DNA from: Cyanidioschyzon merolae
Lineage: Eukaryota
Reading direction: 5' to 3' (one strand)
Assembly: GCA_000091205.1 (NCBI GenBank)
Contig: AP006500.2
Length of the DNA stretch: 64,000 nucleotides
The first letter of the stretch is position 1. The number at the start of each line of letters is the position of its first letter. Under the pieces are notes generated by a model, which was not told where the DNA came from, searched no databases, and saw nothing but the letters and a program-made list of their open reading frames with translations. Shown piece after piece: positions 11,174 through 21,960 of the stretch. The position numbers and the translations under genes are program-made.

Positions 11174-12814
11174 ATGATGCGTAGACTTTGGGCAATTTTA
11201 TGCATTACAGCAATTGCACTGGTGAGCGTGAGGCCGGCACGAACGATGCCCGCGGATGTTCAGGTGCGCAGGGACGTGGATCTGTTCCACTCGTTTGGTC
11301 GATATCTGCGCGAGAAACTGGTGCACGGACGCGAGGTGGTGTTCGATCGACCACTTGTGCAGTTTTTTCAACGCGCGAGCACGCAAGGCGAGTGGTTCAA
11401 ACACGTCCTGAAAGGCTTGGAGGGCTACTTTCCCTTTGATCCAAACCTGAGTGGTCAACTGAGCCTCTTCTTCAGCGCGCTTGTCGAGGGAACCTGGTTC
11501 GAGCCCCAAAACAACGGCACCTGTCAATGCTGCGACCCGTCGAACCCGTTGTATGCGTATCATGTGCATATCGGAATGACTGGCAACGCCGGCGAAGTGG
11601 TGATCTCGTACAATACCCAGGAGAAGCCACCGCAAAGCTGCCTCTACGTCGCCGAAGAGCACACGAGCAACCAGACCAAGTTCTGCACGGAGGATGTCCG
11701 GACGACGTCTCTGGGATCCGGCCTGAGCCCCTTCCTGTGTACCGGTTGGTCCGGCTATGCGAGTCATGTGAAAGTGAATGGTCTGCAACCGGGCAAACGC
11801 TACACCTACACGATTCCAGGTAGCCCCGGAAACGTGTCGTACACATTCATGGCGCCCTACGGGAACACCACAAAAACCACGAAACTGGCGTACTTTACGG
11901 ATATCGGAACCAAAGGCGGCGAGCCGGTTATCAATACGCTGCTGTCGCGGCTCGATGATTTCGACTACATGATCATGCCTGGAGATCAGAGCTATTGCGA
12001 CGGATATCACGGATGCTTCGATGCATACATGAAGTTGATACAACCTCTCGCAGCCCAGAAGCCGTATATGGTTGCAACCGGCAATCACGAGGGTCCCTGG
12101 AATTTCTCGTACGTGCGCACCAACTTTTACTTCCCGGTGAGTGAGAGCGGCGCGGCGCCTGATGCGCTCTGGTACTCGTTCGATGAAGGTCCAATCCATT
12201 TTGTTATGATGAATTACGAAAATTACTTCGATTATCCCGATGGAGAATGGTCCATGACCCAACCGGCACCGATTAGCACCTATCCGGGGCAGATCGAGTG
12301 GCTTCGTCGCGACCTGGAGGCCTTCGCCAAGCGCCGCGAACACGATCCCTCGCTCTGGCTGATCATGATGGCACATCGACCGCTCACCTGCAATGTCACC
12401 GACAAGAGCTGCAATCATTTTGGACCGATCCTCGAGCAGGATGTGTTTCCACTGATGTACGAGTACAAGGCGGACATGTATTGGTGCGGTCATGTGCACG
12501 CGTATGAGCGTGTCAGCCCCATCAACAATGTGACCCGCGAGCTATGCTCGGACTGCGTACGGGATAACGCGACGTTGTACTACAAGCCGCCGTATCCTGT
12601 GCAGATCATGAACGGCATCGCAGGGCGTGCAGTCGCCGACAATGATTATTTCACCCCTGGTGTGAGCTATCCACCGTTTGTGGCGCAGCATTATAGCTCG
12701 ATCAATTACCCCTATGGTGGGTATGCGCTGGTAAGCGTGGACAACAACGTGCTCAATTTCACGCTCTACAACACCAGCGGTGCGGTACTTGACCATTTTC
12801 GTATTGAAAAGTGA
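11174..12814 (+). CDS. Purple acid phosphatase (calcineurin-like metallophosphoesterase), secreted.
   Basis: N-terminal signal peptide MMRRLWAILCITAIALVSVRPART. Metallophosphatase motifs are present: GDQSY, GNHEG and MMAHRPL...YWCGHVHAYERV (the GHxHxYER PAP signature). Many N-x-S/T sequons fit a secreted glycoprotein. Length 546 aa. Confidence 0.9.
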   Translation: MMRRLWAILCITAIALVSVRPARTMPADVQVRRDVDLFHSFGRYLREKLVHGREVVFDRPLVQFFQRASTQGEWFKHVLKGLEGYFPFDPNLSGQLSLFFSALVEGTWFEPQNNGTCQCCDPSNPLYAYHVHIGMTGNAGEVVISYNTQEKPPQSCLYVAEEHTSNQTKFCTEDVRTTSLGSGLSPFLCTGWSGYASHVKVNGLQPGKRYTYTIPGSPGNVSYTFMAPYGNTTKTTKLAYFTDIGTKGGEPVINTLLSRLDDFDYMIMPGDQSYCDGYHGCFDAYMKLIQPLAAQKPYMVATGNHEGPWNFSYVRTNFYFPVSESGAAPDALWYSFDEGPIHFVMMNYENYFDYPDGEWSMTQPAPISTYPGQIEWLRRDLEAFAKRREHDPSLWLIMMAHRPLTCNVTDKSCNHFGPILEQDVFPLMYEYKADMYWCGHVHAYERVSPINNVTRELCSDCVRDNATLYYKPPYPVQIMNGIAGRAVADNDYFTPGVSYPPFVAQHYSSINYPYGGYALVSVDNNVLNFTLYNTSGAVLDHFRIEK

Positions 12815-13490
12815 GCATGGACAGGACTCTGCGAGGCGATAGCAGGGATGGAAAAGGAGACGCGGCTGGTACCATGGACGCGCGTGCTGCTAGCCCCGCA
12901 AGTGCATCGTTGGGGCACATACACACACCGTTCACGGCGGGTTCGCGAGCAGGCACACGGCCCAGTGTATACTCGGGTTCTGGTCCAAGACGAGGATGCA
13001 CAAAGTCGTGGTATGCGCCGGGGTGACGTATTCGCTTCTACGAAAAAGCTTGCACTCTATGGTTTTTCGAGCAGATTGCCCCTGCGTTGGAACCAGTAGT
13101 CGACTGATGGCTCTGCCGCGACGCCCTTTTCGAGTCGCTGCGAAGCAGGCAACAAGTTGCATCACAGGGCGGTGCGCTTTACTGCTGGCCGGACAGATAG
13201 GTAGAGGGTGTTTGTTACGGACAGCTTCTCATTCATGGGTAAACAGAGTGACGTACGGTGGAAAAGCCGGCTCCGTAGACACAAAAGGAGAGACCTCCAT
13301 CTTCCATTTTCTCGTTTCACAGCGTAGCACATGCGGTGAACAACCTCTGGCGGCGCTGGATGAGGCGAGCACTCTGAAAAGTGCACGCGCTGTGCACTGC
13401 CGGTAGCCTGAACGCCAAATGCCGACTCTACTGGCAGCCGCGAGCACCTCTGGTCTGGGCCTCGTCGATAGTGCAGGCGTGTCCAGAGTA

Positions 13491-13526
13491 TACACACACA
13501 CACACATACAGAGAGCGAGAGAGAAC
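13491..13526. repeat. Compound dinucleotide microsatellite (CA)n(GA)n.
   Basis: tacacacacacacatacagagagcgagagagaacc read directly. Confidence 0.9.
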
Positions 13527-14143
13527 CACGCTAGGTGGCTATACTCGTGGTCGACGCGCTGGAACAGGCTGGGCGACGAAGCACGAACTGTCGCATGGAT
13601 TTCGGTTCAAGACCTGCAGAGTCGACCGGACAAAAGCAACCCAGTAAACCTCATTCATTGCCTGTACCTCGGTATGCTTGTGGGCGTTTCGTTGGTGACT
13701 CGTGATCTTCCTGGACCTTCGACCCCGTTGTGTGGCGCTTAAGCTTGTTATCTGCCTCTGCGACCAGGCAGCGAGAAGCTTTTCGCGATGCTGGTAACAT
13801 GTGACGTTGCTGCCGGCTTTGTTCGGCATGTTCAGTTGCACCTTGAACACTGCAAGCTTCAAGAGATGGCGGAAATGAAACCGTGCAACCTCCGGGACGT
13901 GATCACCCTATGGAATCCGCAGAGAAGTGGCCTGTTGTTGCAGCTTCTCGCGCAGACCAGAGGTCAGCATGCACTGGGCGCTTGTCTGCGCGCGTACATG
14001 CATCTGCACTGCTACCTCTACGCGAACGATAAGGACTGGTCCGGTTCTCGTAGGACGTAAAAAGTTTCTGTGGCGAGGCAGTGGTGGCCTCCTCCGTGGT
14101 CATCGGCAATGTCCGCGGATCTCCGAAAGTCCAGACAGAATCC

Positions 14144-14396
14144 GGGATCTTGCACCGTCATCAAACATCTGGACGCATTCATGAAAACTCTGGCAGAAAC
14201 GGGGATCTTGCACCGTCATCAAACATCTGAACGTATTGATGAAAACTCTGGCAGAAACGGGGATCTTGCACCGTCATCAAACATCTGAACGCATTGATGA
14301 AAACTCTGGCAGAAACGGGGATCTTGCACCGTCATCAAACATCTGAACGCATTGATGAAAACTCTGGCAGAAACGGGGATCTTGCACCGTCATCAT
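14144..14396. repeat. Minisatellite, 58-bp unit x about 4.4 copies. Unit: gggatcttgcaccgtcatcaaacatctgaacgcattgatgaaaactctggcagaaacg.
   Basis: Unit starts at 14144, 14202, 14260, 14318 and 14376, a constant 58-bp spacing with 1-3 substitutions. It ends in a short (CAT/CAC) run. The period is not a multiple of 3, so it is non-coding. Confidence 0.9.
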
Positions 14397-15528
14397 CACC
14401 ACCATCATCACGTACCAGGCGGGGGTCTCGCGCTGCTTCGCTGCAGGCGAGCGGCTGACAGAGCGTCGAACGACAACTACGGGATGTACCGCACCCACCG
14501 GGGCGCTCGATTTAATGATCTCGTCCGTAGAGGAGCACTCGTCTGAGGATGACGGTACACGGCATTGCATGCCAAGGAGCTGGGATCTCTGTCGAGGTCC
14601 CGTCCCCGGGCAGCGTGGACAAATCCATGAATGCATACCTCATGAGACACATCAATCGCATTGTATCCGAGAGCGCAACACAGGGCACAGGGTCGTTCGC
14701 TCGTCAAATCTGAGCACCCGTGCGGAACTCGGGAGAGGCGTTGCAAGAACCCTGAAGCATGCAGCAAGAAACGAAGGTTTCTTCCCGAGTTATTAGCGGC
14801 AGCGGCGCATCTGACGGTGCCGAGTTCGGATCATCGTTCCTACGTACCATGCCTGTAACCAGAGAATCTTCAAGTAGAAAACACGGGCAAACGGGCCTCT
14901 CTCTGTCGCACGCTGGCATCCGCTGCTTTAGGTTGCCACCTATATTGCCGCTCGCAACGGGACGGCGTTGTCACCTGCCTAGCTCCGAGCGTGTGCGTTC
15001 CGCAAGCCTCTGTCACTGGGAGCGCCAGTACGATGCGTCATCGCTGCGTCACAAGGAAACCGCGCTTGGCGATTCTACGCTCCAACCAGATCATCGACAG
15101 CGGGTATCGAACTGCTGCCCAGACGTACGGGTAATCTCTTGGCGTGAGCACAGCCGCTTCCGCGGGTTATGCAGGAGCGGCGCCAAGCGGTACAGACCCG
15201 ATGGGAAACGCTGCCCAGCAAGCACCCACGTCGTCTCGTTCGTCAACTGCGAAGACGCGTCCAGAGACTTCGAATTGGTAGCTTTCGAGCAAAAGCTCCG
15301 CAATCGGCACGCCTGGGCCGCTCCTCTGATAAGCGTCCGGCATCTGCACCAAAGAATATCGATCACATGTGTATAGATAGAGTATCCTCGCATGAAGCTT
15401 TCATTGCAGGTAGGACGTGTACGGTGACTCGTCGACGGCAGCAGGTACGCGCCCCAGAGAACGATGTTGCCTTGACCCGGGTCCCGGTTACGAAGCAGAC
15501 GTGAAGGCAACACAGCTGCCTTGCCAGT

Positions 15529-16989
15529 TCAGGGCATGTGCCTGAGAACGCGTGCCAGAATATCCAGGAGTATATCCGCGTGATGCTTGTCGAAGATGAG
15601 TGCGGGGCGTAAGCGTACGGTTTTGTCCCCCGAGCTGCCTACAAGAACACCCTGATTTCGCATTTCGCCAAGCAAATGATCTCTTTGCGCTGGACTCGGT
15701 AAATCGAATGCAATGAATGTTCCCCGTCCACGAATGCGCTCCACAAGTGGGTGATTCAAGTCCGCAAGCGCATGTATGAGGTAGTCCCCGACACTGTGGA
15801 CGCGCTCAACCAAGTGATCAGCGACAATGGTGTCAATGATGACGCTTGCCTGCAGCGCACGCAACGGGTCGCCACTCCAAGTTGAATAGATGCGAAACGC
15901 TTGCGGTGGCAGAAACTCTGGTTTGAAAAAGAAACCGCTCGCCTGCATCTTTTTCGCAAAGGTCACCATGTCTGGGGCGAGCTCCGCAGCGCCGGTGCCA
16001 ACGCCTTGTCCCGTTTTCTCGAGTCCCTCGGACCAGTGTTCGTGCGCCCAAAAACGACCAGTAGCGCCGACGCCAGTTTGAACCTCGTCGCAAACCATCG
16101 CAACCTGATAGTGGCGGGTCAGTTCTCTGAGTCCGCGAAAGAACGCGGGCGATGCATGCAGGTCTCCGCCCTCGCTCAGGATTGGCTCCACGATAAGTGC
16201 CGCGACCCGCTGCTCCGAGAGTGTTTTGTCAACGAGATCGAGACACCGCGCCTCGTCTTGTTCGTCTTTCGGAAATGGGAGCACTGGCCAGTTGCCAAAT
16301 GCGGGGATATCGACCTTATGAATCGACTTGGAGCGGGTCGTCGATAAGCTCCCGAATAGTCGGCCATGGAAAGCGTGTTCAAAAGAAACGACCGCCATGC
16401 TGTTCGGACTCCCCGGTTCACTGTTTCGCATACATGAATCGAGCTCAGCGGTCGTTGGGTTCACGTCACCTCGCTCAAGCGCTCGTTTTCGAATAAATGC
16501 GGCCTTTAGGGCATTCTCGACGGCAGACGCCCCACACCCGCAAGTCATCTGTACATTGGCGAGACCTTGGGGTGCAACGGAGAGAATCTTTGTGCGCAGC
16601 GTGTGAACCCACTCTGGTGGTGCTGAGTATCCCAACGCCGGCCGTTGTGCAAGGTGCGGCAGCCAAGCTGGCGACTGAGCAGCTTCAACGAGGTTCGGGT
16701 GATTGTACCCTAGGGGCAGCGAGGCTATGAAGCAGAACGCGTCTAAAAGCAGGTTACCATCTACATCTGCAACATAGTTCCCAAATGACTTGTGCGGATC
16801 ATGGAAGAACTGCACGGTTCTACCCTCTGATACCTCCTGAAGCTCGCGAGCCAACTCGAGCGACCGCGGCCCCGGCACCAGTGTGTGCACCAGAGGTCGA
16901 GCCGGTTCCTCGCGCGCCAACGTGCTCAACAGACACCGACACCTGCGGTGTGATAACCCTATACAACGAAGAGAGAGCGTCCTAGGCAT
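15529..16989 (-). CDS. ABAT: 4-aminobutyrate (GABA) aminotransferase, class III PLP aminotransferase of animal/fungal type, with a mitochondrial presequence. Start chosen at the MPRTLSL Met; the ORF is open to 17193.
   Basis: MVCDEVQTGVGATGRFWAHEHW...MVTFAKKMQASGFF...RIRGRGTFIAFD...GDKTVRLRPALIFDKHHADILLDILARVL aligns closely with the vertebrate/yeast GABA-T C-terminal half (DEVQTGGGxTGKFWAHEHWGL...RGRGTF...FRPTL). Candidate N-terminus MPRTLSLRCIGLSHRRCRCLLSTLA is Arg/Leu/Ser-rich and mTP-like. Confidence 0.9.
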   Translation of the reverse strand: MPRTLSLRCIGLSHRRCRCLLSTLAREEPARPLVHTLVPGPRSLELARELQEVSEGRTVQFFHDPHKSFGNYVADVDGNLLLDAFCFIASLPLGYNHPNLVEAAQSPAWLPHLAQRPALGYSAPPEWVHTLRTKILSVAPQGLANVQMTCGCGASAVENALKAAFIRKRALERGDVNPTTAELDSCMRNSEPGSPNSMAVVSFEHAFHGRLFGSLSTTRSKSIHKVDIPAFGNWPVLPFPKDEQDEARCLDLVDKTLSEQRVAALIVEPILSEGGDLHASPAFFRGLRELTRHYQVAMVCDEVQTGVGATGRFWAHEHWSEGLEKTGQGVGTGAAELAPDMVTFAKKMQASGFFFKPEFLPPQAFRIYSTWSGDPLRALQASVIIDTIVADHLVERVHSVGDYLIHALADLNHPLVERIRGRGTFIAFDLPSPAQRDHLLGEMRNQGVLVGSSGDKTVRLRPALIFDKHHADILLDILARVLRHMP

Positions 16990-18883
16990 ATAGATGCGTA
17001 CGCAGTGCACGAGAGAGCGGCCTGGCTGTCCTAGCGTCTCCCCCGTTCGAATGAAACAAGCGGTGGTACCGTAGTCGCTCGAGAGATTCCGACGTAGCGC
17101 CATTGGGGATCGGAGGTGCGATTTCCACAGGCGGGATGCTGGTCGCCTCGGGAACGCCTCTGAGGAATACAACGTACACCCATGTGTGTGCATAAAATGG
17201 GATTGGAGCTATGAGCTGATTCGTTTCGCGTTTTGTAGGTTGCTCATGTTCGCCCTGTACTCAAGAGCAGTCTTTGCGGGATTTCTATGTGACTGCTTTC
17301 TTCAGCCACCTCGTATTCCTGGTGCTCCATACACCGGTTTCTATCGCGCCTGTAGCATCGCTGTCAGCAGTCGAAGAATATTGATGGCGGATTTCGGGTC
17401 CCTTTCGTTGTCGACGCATTGCACGCACTAGCAAAACTCGTTATCTGCGCTTCGCTTGCTTTTATCGTCTCAGGGTGTACAGCGTCGGTGCACGCTTCAC
17501 AGCGATGACCCTGATGTGATCTGGAGTTCCCGCATGTCTAACACACCTTGCCATCCACTGAGGGCCGCGCTCTGTCGCATACGAGCTTACCTTATCGCTA
17601 GGTGGATGCCCTTGGCGAGAACAGGAGACTATGCACGACGCCCTCGTCTGCTTCCGCACCCGATGCTATCTACGAAGCCTGCGTGTTCCTTGGAAGCAAT
17701 CACACCGACGACTAGGCTGTGCGTTGCACGCGCAACCGCAAGCTGTCCATCCCAATAAAGGCTTGCGGAACGCGATGTTGTTACCTGGAAACCAGTACGG
17801 GGAGGCAAATCGATGCTGGACAAGTCTTAGAGAAATTCTGACTTGTCTACGCTGCACGCGATGCGATCGCCACGATGAATCAAGTGCGATTGCGAGATCC
17901 TATTCGATGGGAACAGAAGAAATGGAAGCCTTTAGGAGCATGTTCCGTGAAATGTATCACGCTGCTGTGGAATATCGCCTTGTCGGTGGTTACAAAGAGA
18001 CGCGGATTTCGCTTTCGGAAGGACTCGATGATCATTTGACGTGAGGACATCACTGAAGTCTCGGCATGAGCTTGTGAACAACAGTCCAAGAGACGACGTC
18101 GATAGTCTTCATCGGGACGAAAGCTCAAAAAAAACTCGAAGAGTGCGTGCATCAAGCATGCCACGTTCAACGACAGGAGAAGAGCGGAGGCCTGAACCTA
18201 TAAACTCGATCATGGTATCGTTTATTTGAGGAGATTTTGGTCAGGAGCGCCGCGAATCATCTGGATTCCCGTAAAGTAACCCCATGTCACCGGCAACGAT
18301 GCGACGGATCCACCCAGCAAGCACGACCGATAACCCCAAACCTACGTCTGAATCCGTACCCACATATTGACGAACATCAATTGTCGACTTTGTGCACCCA
18401 AAATCGTTCGGAATTTTGGAATGAAGGAGCAGAATGATCCATTCAACGCTCCCCTTTTATCCGAAACCCGACACAGATACAGATGCAGGCTTCGATCCAC
18501 GAGGATGTTGCAACCTATGCCGCACCTGAGCGCGCCTAGAGAAGCAGCAGCGCGCTGCTGCTGCGGCCATCAGGCGCTGCGATAGAGGCACGACTGGCGA
18601 CGCGCGCATCCGTACAGCCGCCACGCACGTTTTGTATCATTTTATGCTTCTTTGTACAGCATTTGGTGAGCAGGAGGCGCATGCATCACCTGCGCCGTCG
18701 CCGACGGCCTGCGACGTTCAGGCCCCCACTCGTGCGCGGAGCTGGCAACGCGTGCTTCCTCCAGCTCCATTACGAACGCTTGCGGGACAAGCGCCACGCA
18801 CTTGTCGCCCAGTTGCGTCTAGCAGTGGTGCAAAAAGCACGAGTGTCGAGACCGAGTCGGAACATTAACTTAGCGGTTCAAAT

Positions 18884-19285
18884 ATGTTTGCTTTTCTGGT
18901 CTCGAACGCCGGAGTCTTGCGTGTAGGGGCAGCTCGTCCGAACGGTGCGCTCTGCCGTCAGCAACTGCGGTGGCGCAGCGCGGGCTTGCAGGCGCCGCGC
19001 CGCACACGAGCAGGCCTGCTTCTGGCCATGTCAAACTCAGCAGAGGGCTCTGAGGCTGCTGATGCGGCGGCGGCGGCGGCGGCTTCGCACACTCCAGCAC
19101 AGAGCGCTGAACAGGCGACCGTTGAGTCACCGGCTGCAGCAGTCGCGCCCAGCGAGCCGCACGAGTCCGCGCCAAGTGTCCGTGAAAGCGCAAGGGCTGA
19201 ATTATCCTCTGAACAGTCCGCGGAGACTGAACGAGAACAAGATACCGAAGCGCAAGCGGGCACGGCTGGCCAGGAAAAGGGTAAG
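18884..19285 (+). CDS. Exon 1 (putative) of the S1-domain RNA-binding protein: transit-peptide-like N-terminus followed by an Ala/Glu-rich low-complexity region. Start could instead be the Met at 19028.
   Basis: Open frame MFAFLVSNAGVLRVGAARP...QEKGK ends exactly at a GTGAGT donor at 19286. An in-frame CAG acceptor at 19389-19391 joins it to the S1-domain ORF. It contains a (GCG)9 poly-Ala tract. Confidence 0.5.
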
Positions 19286-19391
19286 GTGAGTGCTCCCCGG
19301 CGGTGACACTAACCGACGGCGCGGTCCGCGGGGTGCTCGGCCTGGTCGTCGTAACCAACGTTTGCCCAGGTTACCGCTGAGTGAAGTCCAG

Positions 19392-20309
19392 GTCGGTTCG
19401 CTGGTCAAAGGAAAAGTGCGCTCAATCGTCCCATATGGTGCCTTTGTCGACATTGGCACCGTCACAGATGGTCTTCTCCATGTGTCGCAGATGTCGCTGG
19501 AATACGTTCGTGATATCGAATCAATCATGAAGGTGGGGGATGAAATTAATGTGCGCGTCATCAGTGTCGATTTAGAGAAGAAAGAATTTTCGTTGACGCT
19601 TTTGCCGGAGGGTGTGGATCAGGAGCGAAAGGAAATGGTCATGGCCGCACGGGAGCGACGTCGGGCGGCGGCCTACGACGAGAACCCAGCACAAAGTGCG
19701 CCGGTTGCACGACGCAACGAGTCGCGGCGACAGCAAATGTTGAAAGAAGCGGTCTCGCTTCTGTCGGATGACGGCGCAAAGGCAAACGCTGCAGCGCCGA
19801 GCACTGAAGCCGCCAATGCTGCCACTGCCACGAGCACCGATGCTGATGCTGATGCTGAGGCTGCAAAGGAGGCTCCAGTTCCCGGCGCGAAGCGTGATGC
19901 TGCTCAAAAACGGGGTGCAATGCGCCAGTGGTTCGAGAGCACCCCCGCCGCAAAGGATCAGAAGCTCTTTATCCCAGGAAAAGTGGTAAGCATCGAGGAG
20001 TACGGCGCGTTCGTAGCGATCGGTGCCCCGACAGACGGCCTCGTCCACATCAGCGAGATCTCCAAAGACCACGTATCCAAAGTCGAAGACCAGCTGAAAA
20101 TTGGCGATGAGGTGCAAGTACGCGTCATTGGTGTTGACCAGCGACGTGGTCGAATCTCGCTCAGCATGAAACCCTATGAGGAGCGCCAGCCGAAAGCTTC
20201 AAGCGCCGCGGAAAAACGAGCATCTGCACAACCAGAATTTAAGACAACGATGGAGCTGGCCTTTGAAAAAGTGCGTGATCAGCTCGTAGCAGCAGGCTTA
20301 ATGAAGTAA
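19392..20309 (+). CDS. Exon 2 of the S1-domain RNA-binding protein. It holds two S1 (OB-fold) domains, resembling plastid S1-like/PSRP-type RNA-binding proteins.
   Basis: Two S1 domains: GSLVKGKVRSIVPYGAFVDIGTVTDGLLHVSQMS...VGDEINVRVISVDLEKKEFSLTL and GKVVSIEEYGAFVAIGAPTDGLVHISEIS...IGDEVQVRVIGVDQRRGRISLSMK. Each carries the GxV..I..fGaFV.ig...GLlHiSe...vGd.v.vkV..iD....i.LS signature. Confidence 0.85.
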   Translation, partial: VGSLVKGKVRSIVPYGAFVDIGTVTDGLLHVSQMSLEYVRDIESIMKVGDEINVRVISVDLEKKEFSLTLLPEGVDQERKEMVMAARERRRAAAYDENPAQSAPVARRNESRRQQMLKEAVSLLSDDGAKANAAAPSTEAANAATATSTDADADAEAAKEAPVPGAKRDAAQKRGAMRQWFESTPAAKDQKLFIPGKVVSIEEYGAFVAIGAPTDGLVHISEISKDHVSKVEDQLKIGDEVQVRVIGVDQRRGRISLSMKPYEERQPKASSAAEKRASAQPEFKTTMELAFEKVRDQLVAAGLMK

Positions 20310-20958
20310 GTAAAAGATCTTGCGTTTTGCATTCACGGATAGTTCGGAGCGTTCCTCGGGTATTGCGTTGCTCGTGCTTACATTCGCACTGGATTCGGCA
20401 GCGTGATCGGTATTGCCGATCATTGGTGCGGCTCCTTGGGTCCCGGAGGGGAGTTTCCCGGTGCACGTGTACCTTCCAAGACGCAACAGAGCGTGGTTCG
20501 TTCGTTTGCGGAGCGCTAGCGACCCGAAAGCGACTCGCCTGGCAGTATGCGTCCGTCAACGAATCCGGGTATGCGGACTCGCCTTCCAGCATACATCCAT
20601 GGATGAAACTCGGCGCGCAGACTCGCCTTGCGGTATATACCCAGGGACAAAACTGAGCGTGGGAGTCGTCATTGGCGCTTACTTTCGTTGCTGCTGTGCT
20701 CGGGCCGTGCTTCTTGCGCCTCGCAGTGTGCAGCGGGCGGCGTTCTCGAGTCCTTGATTCGCGGCCGTGTTCTGACAACGAGAGCTGCTCGAGAGCCAAG
20801 TCCTGGGCGCTGGTTCGCCCACATGCCTGTCGACCGTCAGCGTCGTACCACATCGATGCATTTGCGCTTATGCCAGGATATTGCGCGTCGATTTGGCGAC
20901 CTATTCCCGTCCCGATCGCTTTCGCGTGAGCAGCAGGGCTAGCGAGGCGCGCCCGTGT

Positions 20959-21960
20959 TTACCCTTGCGTCCCTGCGGGCGCACTGGCGAGATCCGAGCT
21001 GTTTTGGCGCATGGTGAGTTCGACAGCTTTCGGCAGAAAGCGTCCGCCGATGCGGGGTCTTTGTTTCGCGACGGCCCGCCTGCGGTCGGGATGACGCTCG
21101 CGTTCGCGACGAAACGCCTCGATCTGTAGCCGTCGCTTCTGGCGCCAGCGTAGAATACGCAATGCCCTCTGGTCGCGACCCAGCGAGACTGATTTCTCAT
21201 CTAACTTGTTGGAATTGGTGAAGCGTTCGCCTCCCAGCGATAGCTCCGGTGAGAGGCTCATGCTCGAGATATCTGAATGGAAGTCGCGCGCTGTGTCCTC
21301 TGCTATACGTGTGCAATGTGTCGAGCACGACGAGGCCGACAGCGAGGCGCCAGATCCAACCGCTTTCGCATGCAACGTAGCGTGCGTTCTCGAGCCTCGC
21401 TCTTGCAGTATTCGCCCCGCTGCCCTATCTGGATGCTCTACTGGTTGTGACTGGCAACTGAGAGGCACCGCCCAAGACGGGAACGAGGCAGCCGATTCGA
21501 AGGTACCGTTCCCGAGCACGACGCCAGTGCCTCCGTTCGCACCACGCAATACAGTCCCAGTGGAGGGAACCGGCGGAACCCAATACACCGGTGTCCCGGG
21601 CATTAGGCAAAGGTCAGGAGCTGCTACTTGCAGTGTTCCAGCAAAGCTCGTATCTGCCGCTGCAGGTACCCACGCGAAGGATTGAAGAGCGTGTGGGAGG
21701 GCGTCTACAGCAACCGGAACCAAGAGCGTAGCGCTGTGACCCGGTGGCGGTGTTGGTGGCGGCGGTAAGCTGCAACTCGCCCCCGGCATTGAGCCGTTCA
21801 AGTAAAAAGGAGCCATTTGTGGTGGCGTATGCCCCAAAGCCAGCCCCGGTAGTTGTGGACACCCGAACCCCCAGTTGAAGGCAGCCTCTGGCCTAGGACG
21901 CCGCTGCCCGACACCGTTCACGCCAACCTGTTGGGTTGTGTTTCCAAGACTATGATTCAT
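20959..21960 (-). CDS. Pro/Ser-rich protein with a C-terminal CCT-like motif (CONSTANS/CO-like/TOC1 family motif); putative nuclear regulator.
   Basis: C-terminal RALRILRWRQKRRLQIEAFRRERERHPDRRRAVAKQRPRIGGRFLPK resembles the CCT consensus R.A.LRY+EK+K.R.F.K.IRY..RK..A..RPR.KGRF.K. RRAVAKQRPRIGGRF versus RKAYAEIRPRVNGRF is the strongest stretch. The rest is proline-rich low complexity. No B-box recognised. Confidence 0.45.
   Translation of the reverse strand: MNHSLGNTTQQVGVNGVGQRRPRPEAAFNWGFGCPQLPGLALGHTPPQMAPFYLNGSMPGASCSLPPPPTPPPGHSATLLVPVAVDALPHALQSFAWVPAAADTSFAGTLQVAAPDLCLMPGTPVYWVPPVPSTGTVLRGANGGTGVVLGNGTFESAASFPSWAVPLSCQSQPVEHPDRAAGRILQERGSRTHATLHAKAVGSGASLSASSCSTHCTRIAEDTARDFHSDISSMSLSPELSLGGERFTNSNKLDEKSVSLGRDQRALRILRWRQKRRLQIEAFRRERERHPDRRRAVAKQRPRIGGRFLPKAVELTMRQNSSDLASAPAGTQG

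Noticed and set aside
11198-12499. 433-aa ORF on the minus strand, plus similar long antisense ORFs at 5550-6122, 15901-16347, 19572-20117, 25002-25493, 25909-26598, 33366-34652, 36785-37531, 41026-41640, 61382-61894 and 62013-62573.
   Set aside because: Each lies entirely antisense to a confidently recognised gene and has no recognisable motifs. High GC depletes stop codons on the opposite strand, so these are mirror ORFs, not genes.
14144-14396. Asked whether the regular tandem arrays (58-bp, 45-bp, 84-bp, 143-bp) could be CRISPR arrays.
   Set aside because: Units are directly tandem with no unique spacers. The context is eukaryotic with no cas-like ORFs. They are mini-satellites.
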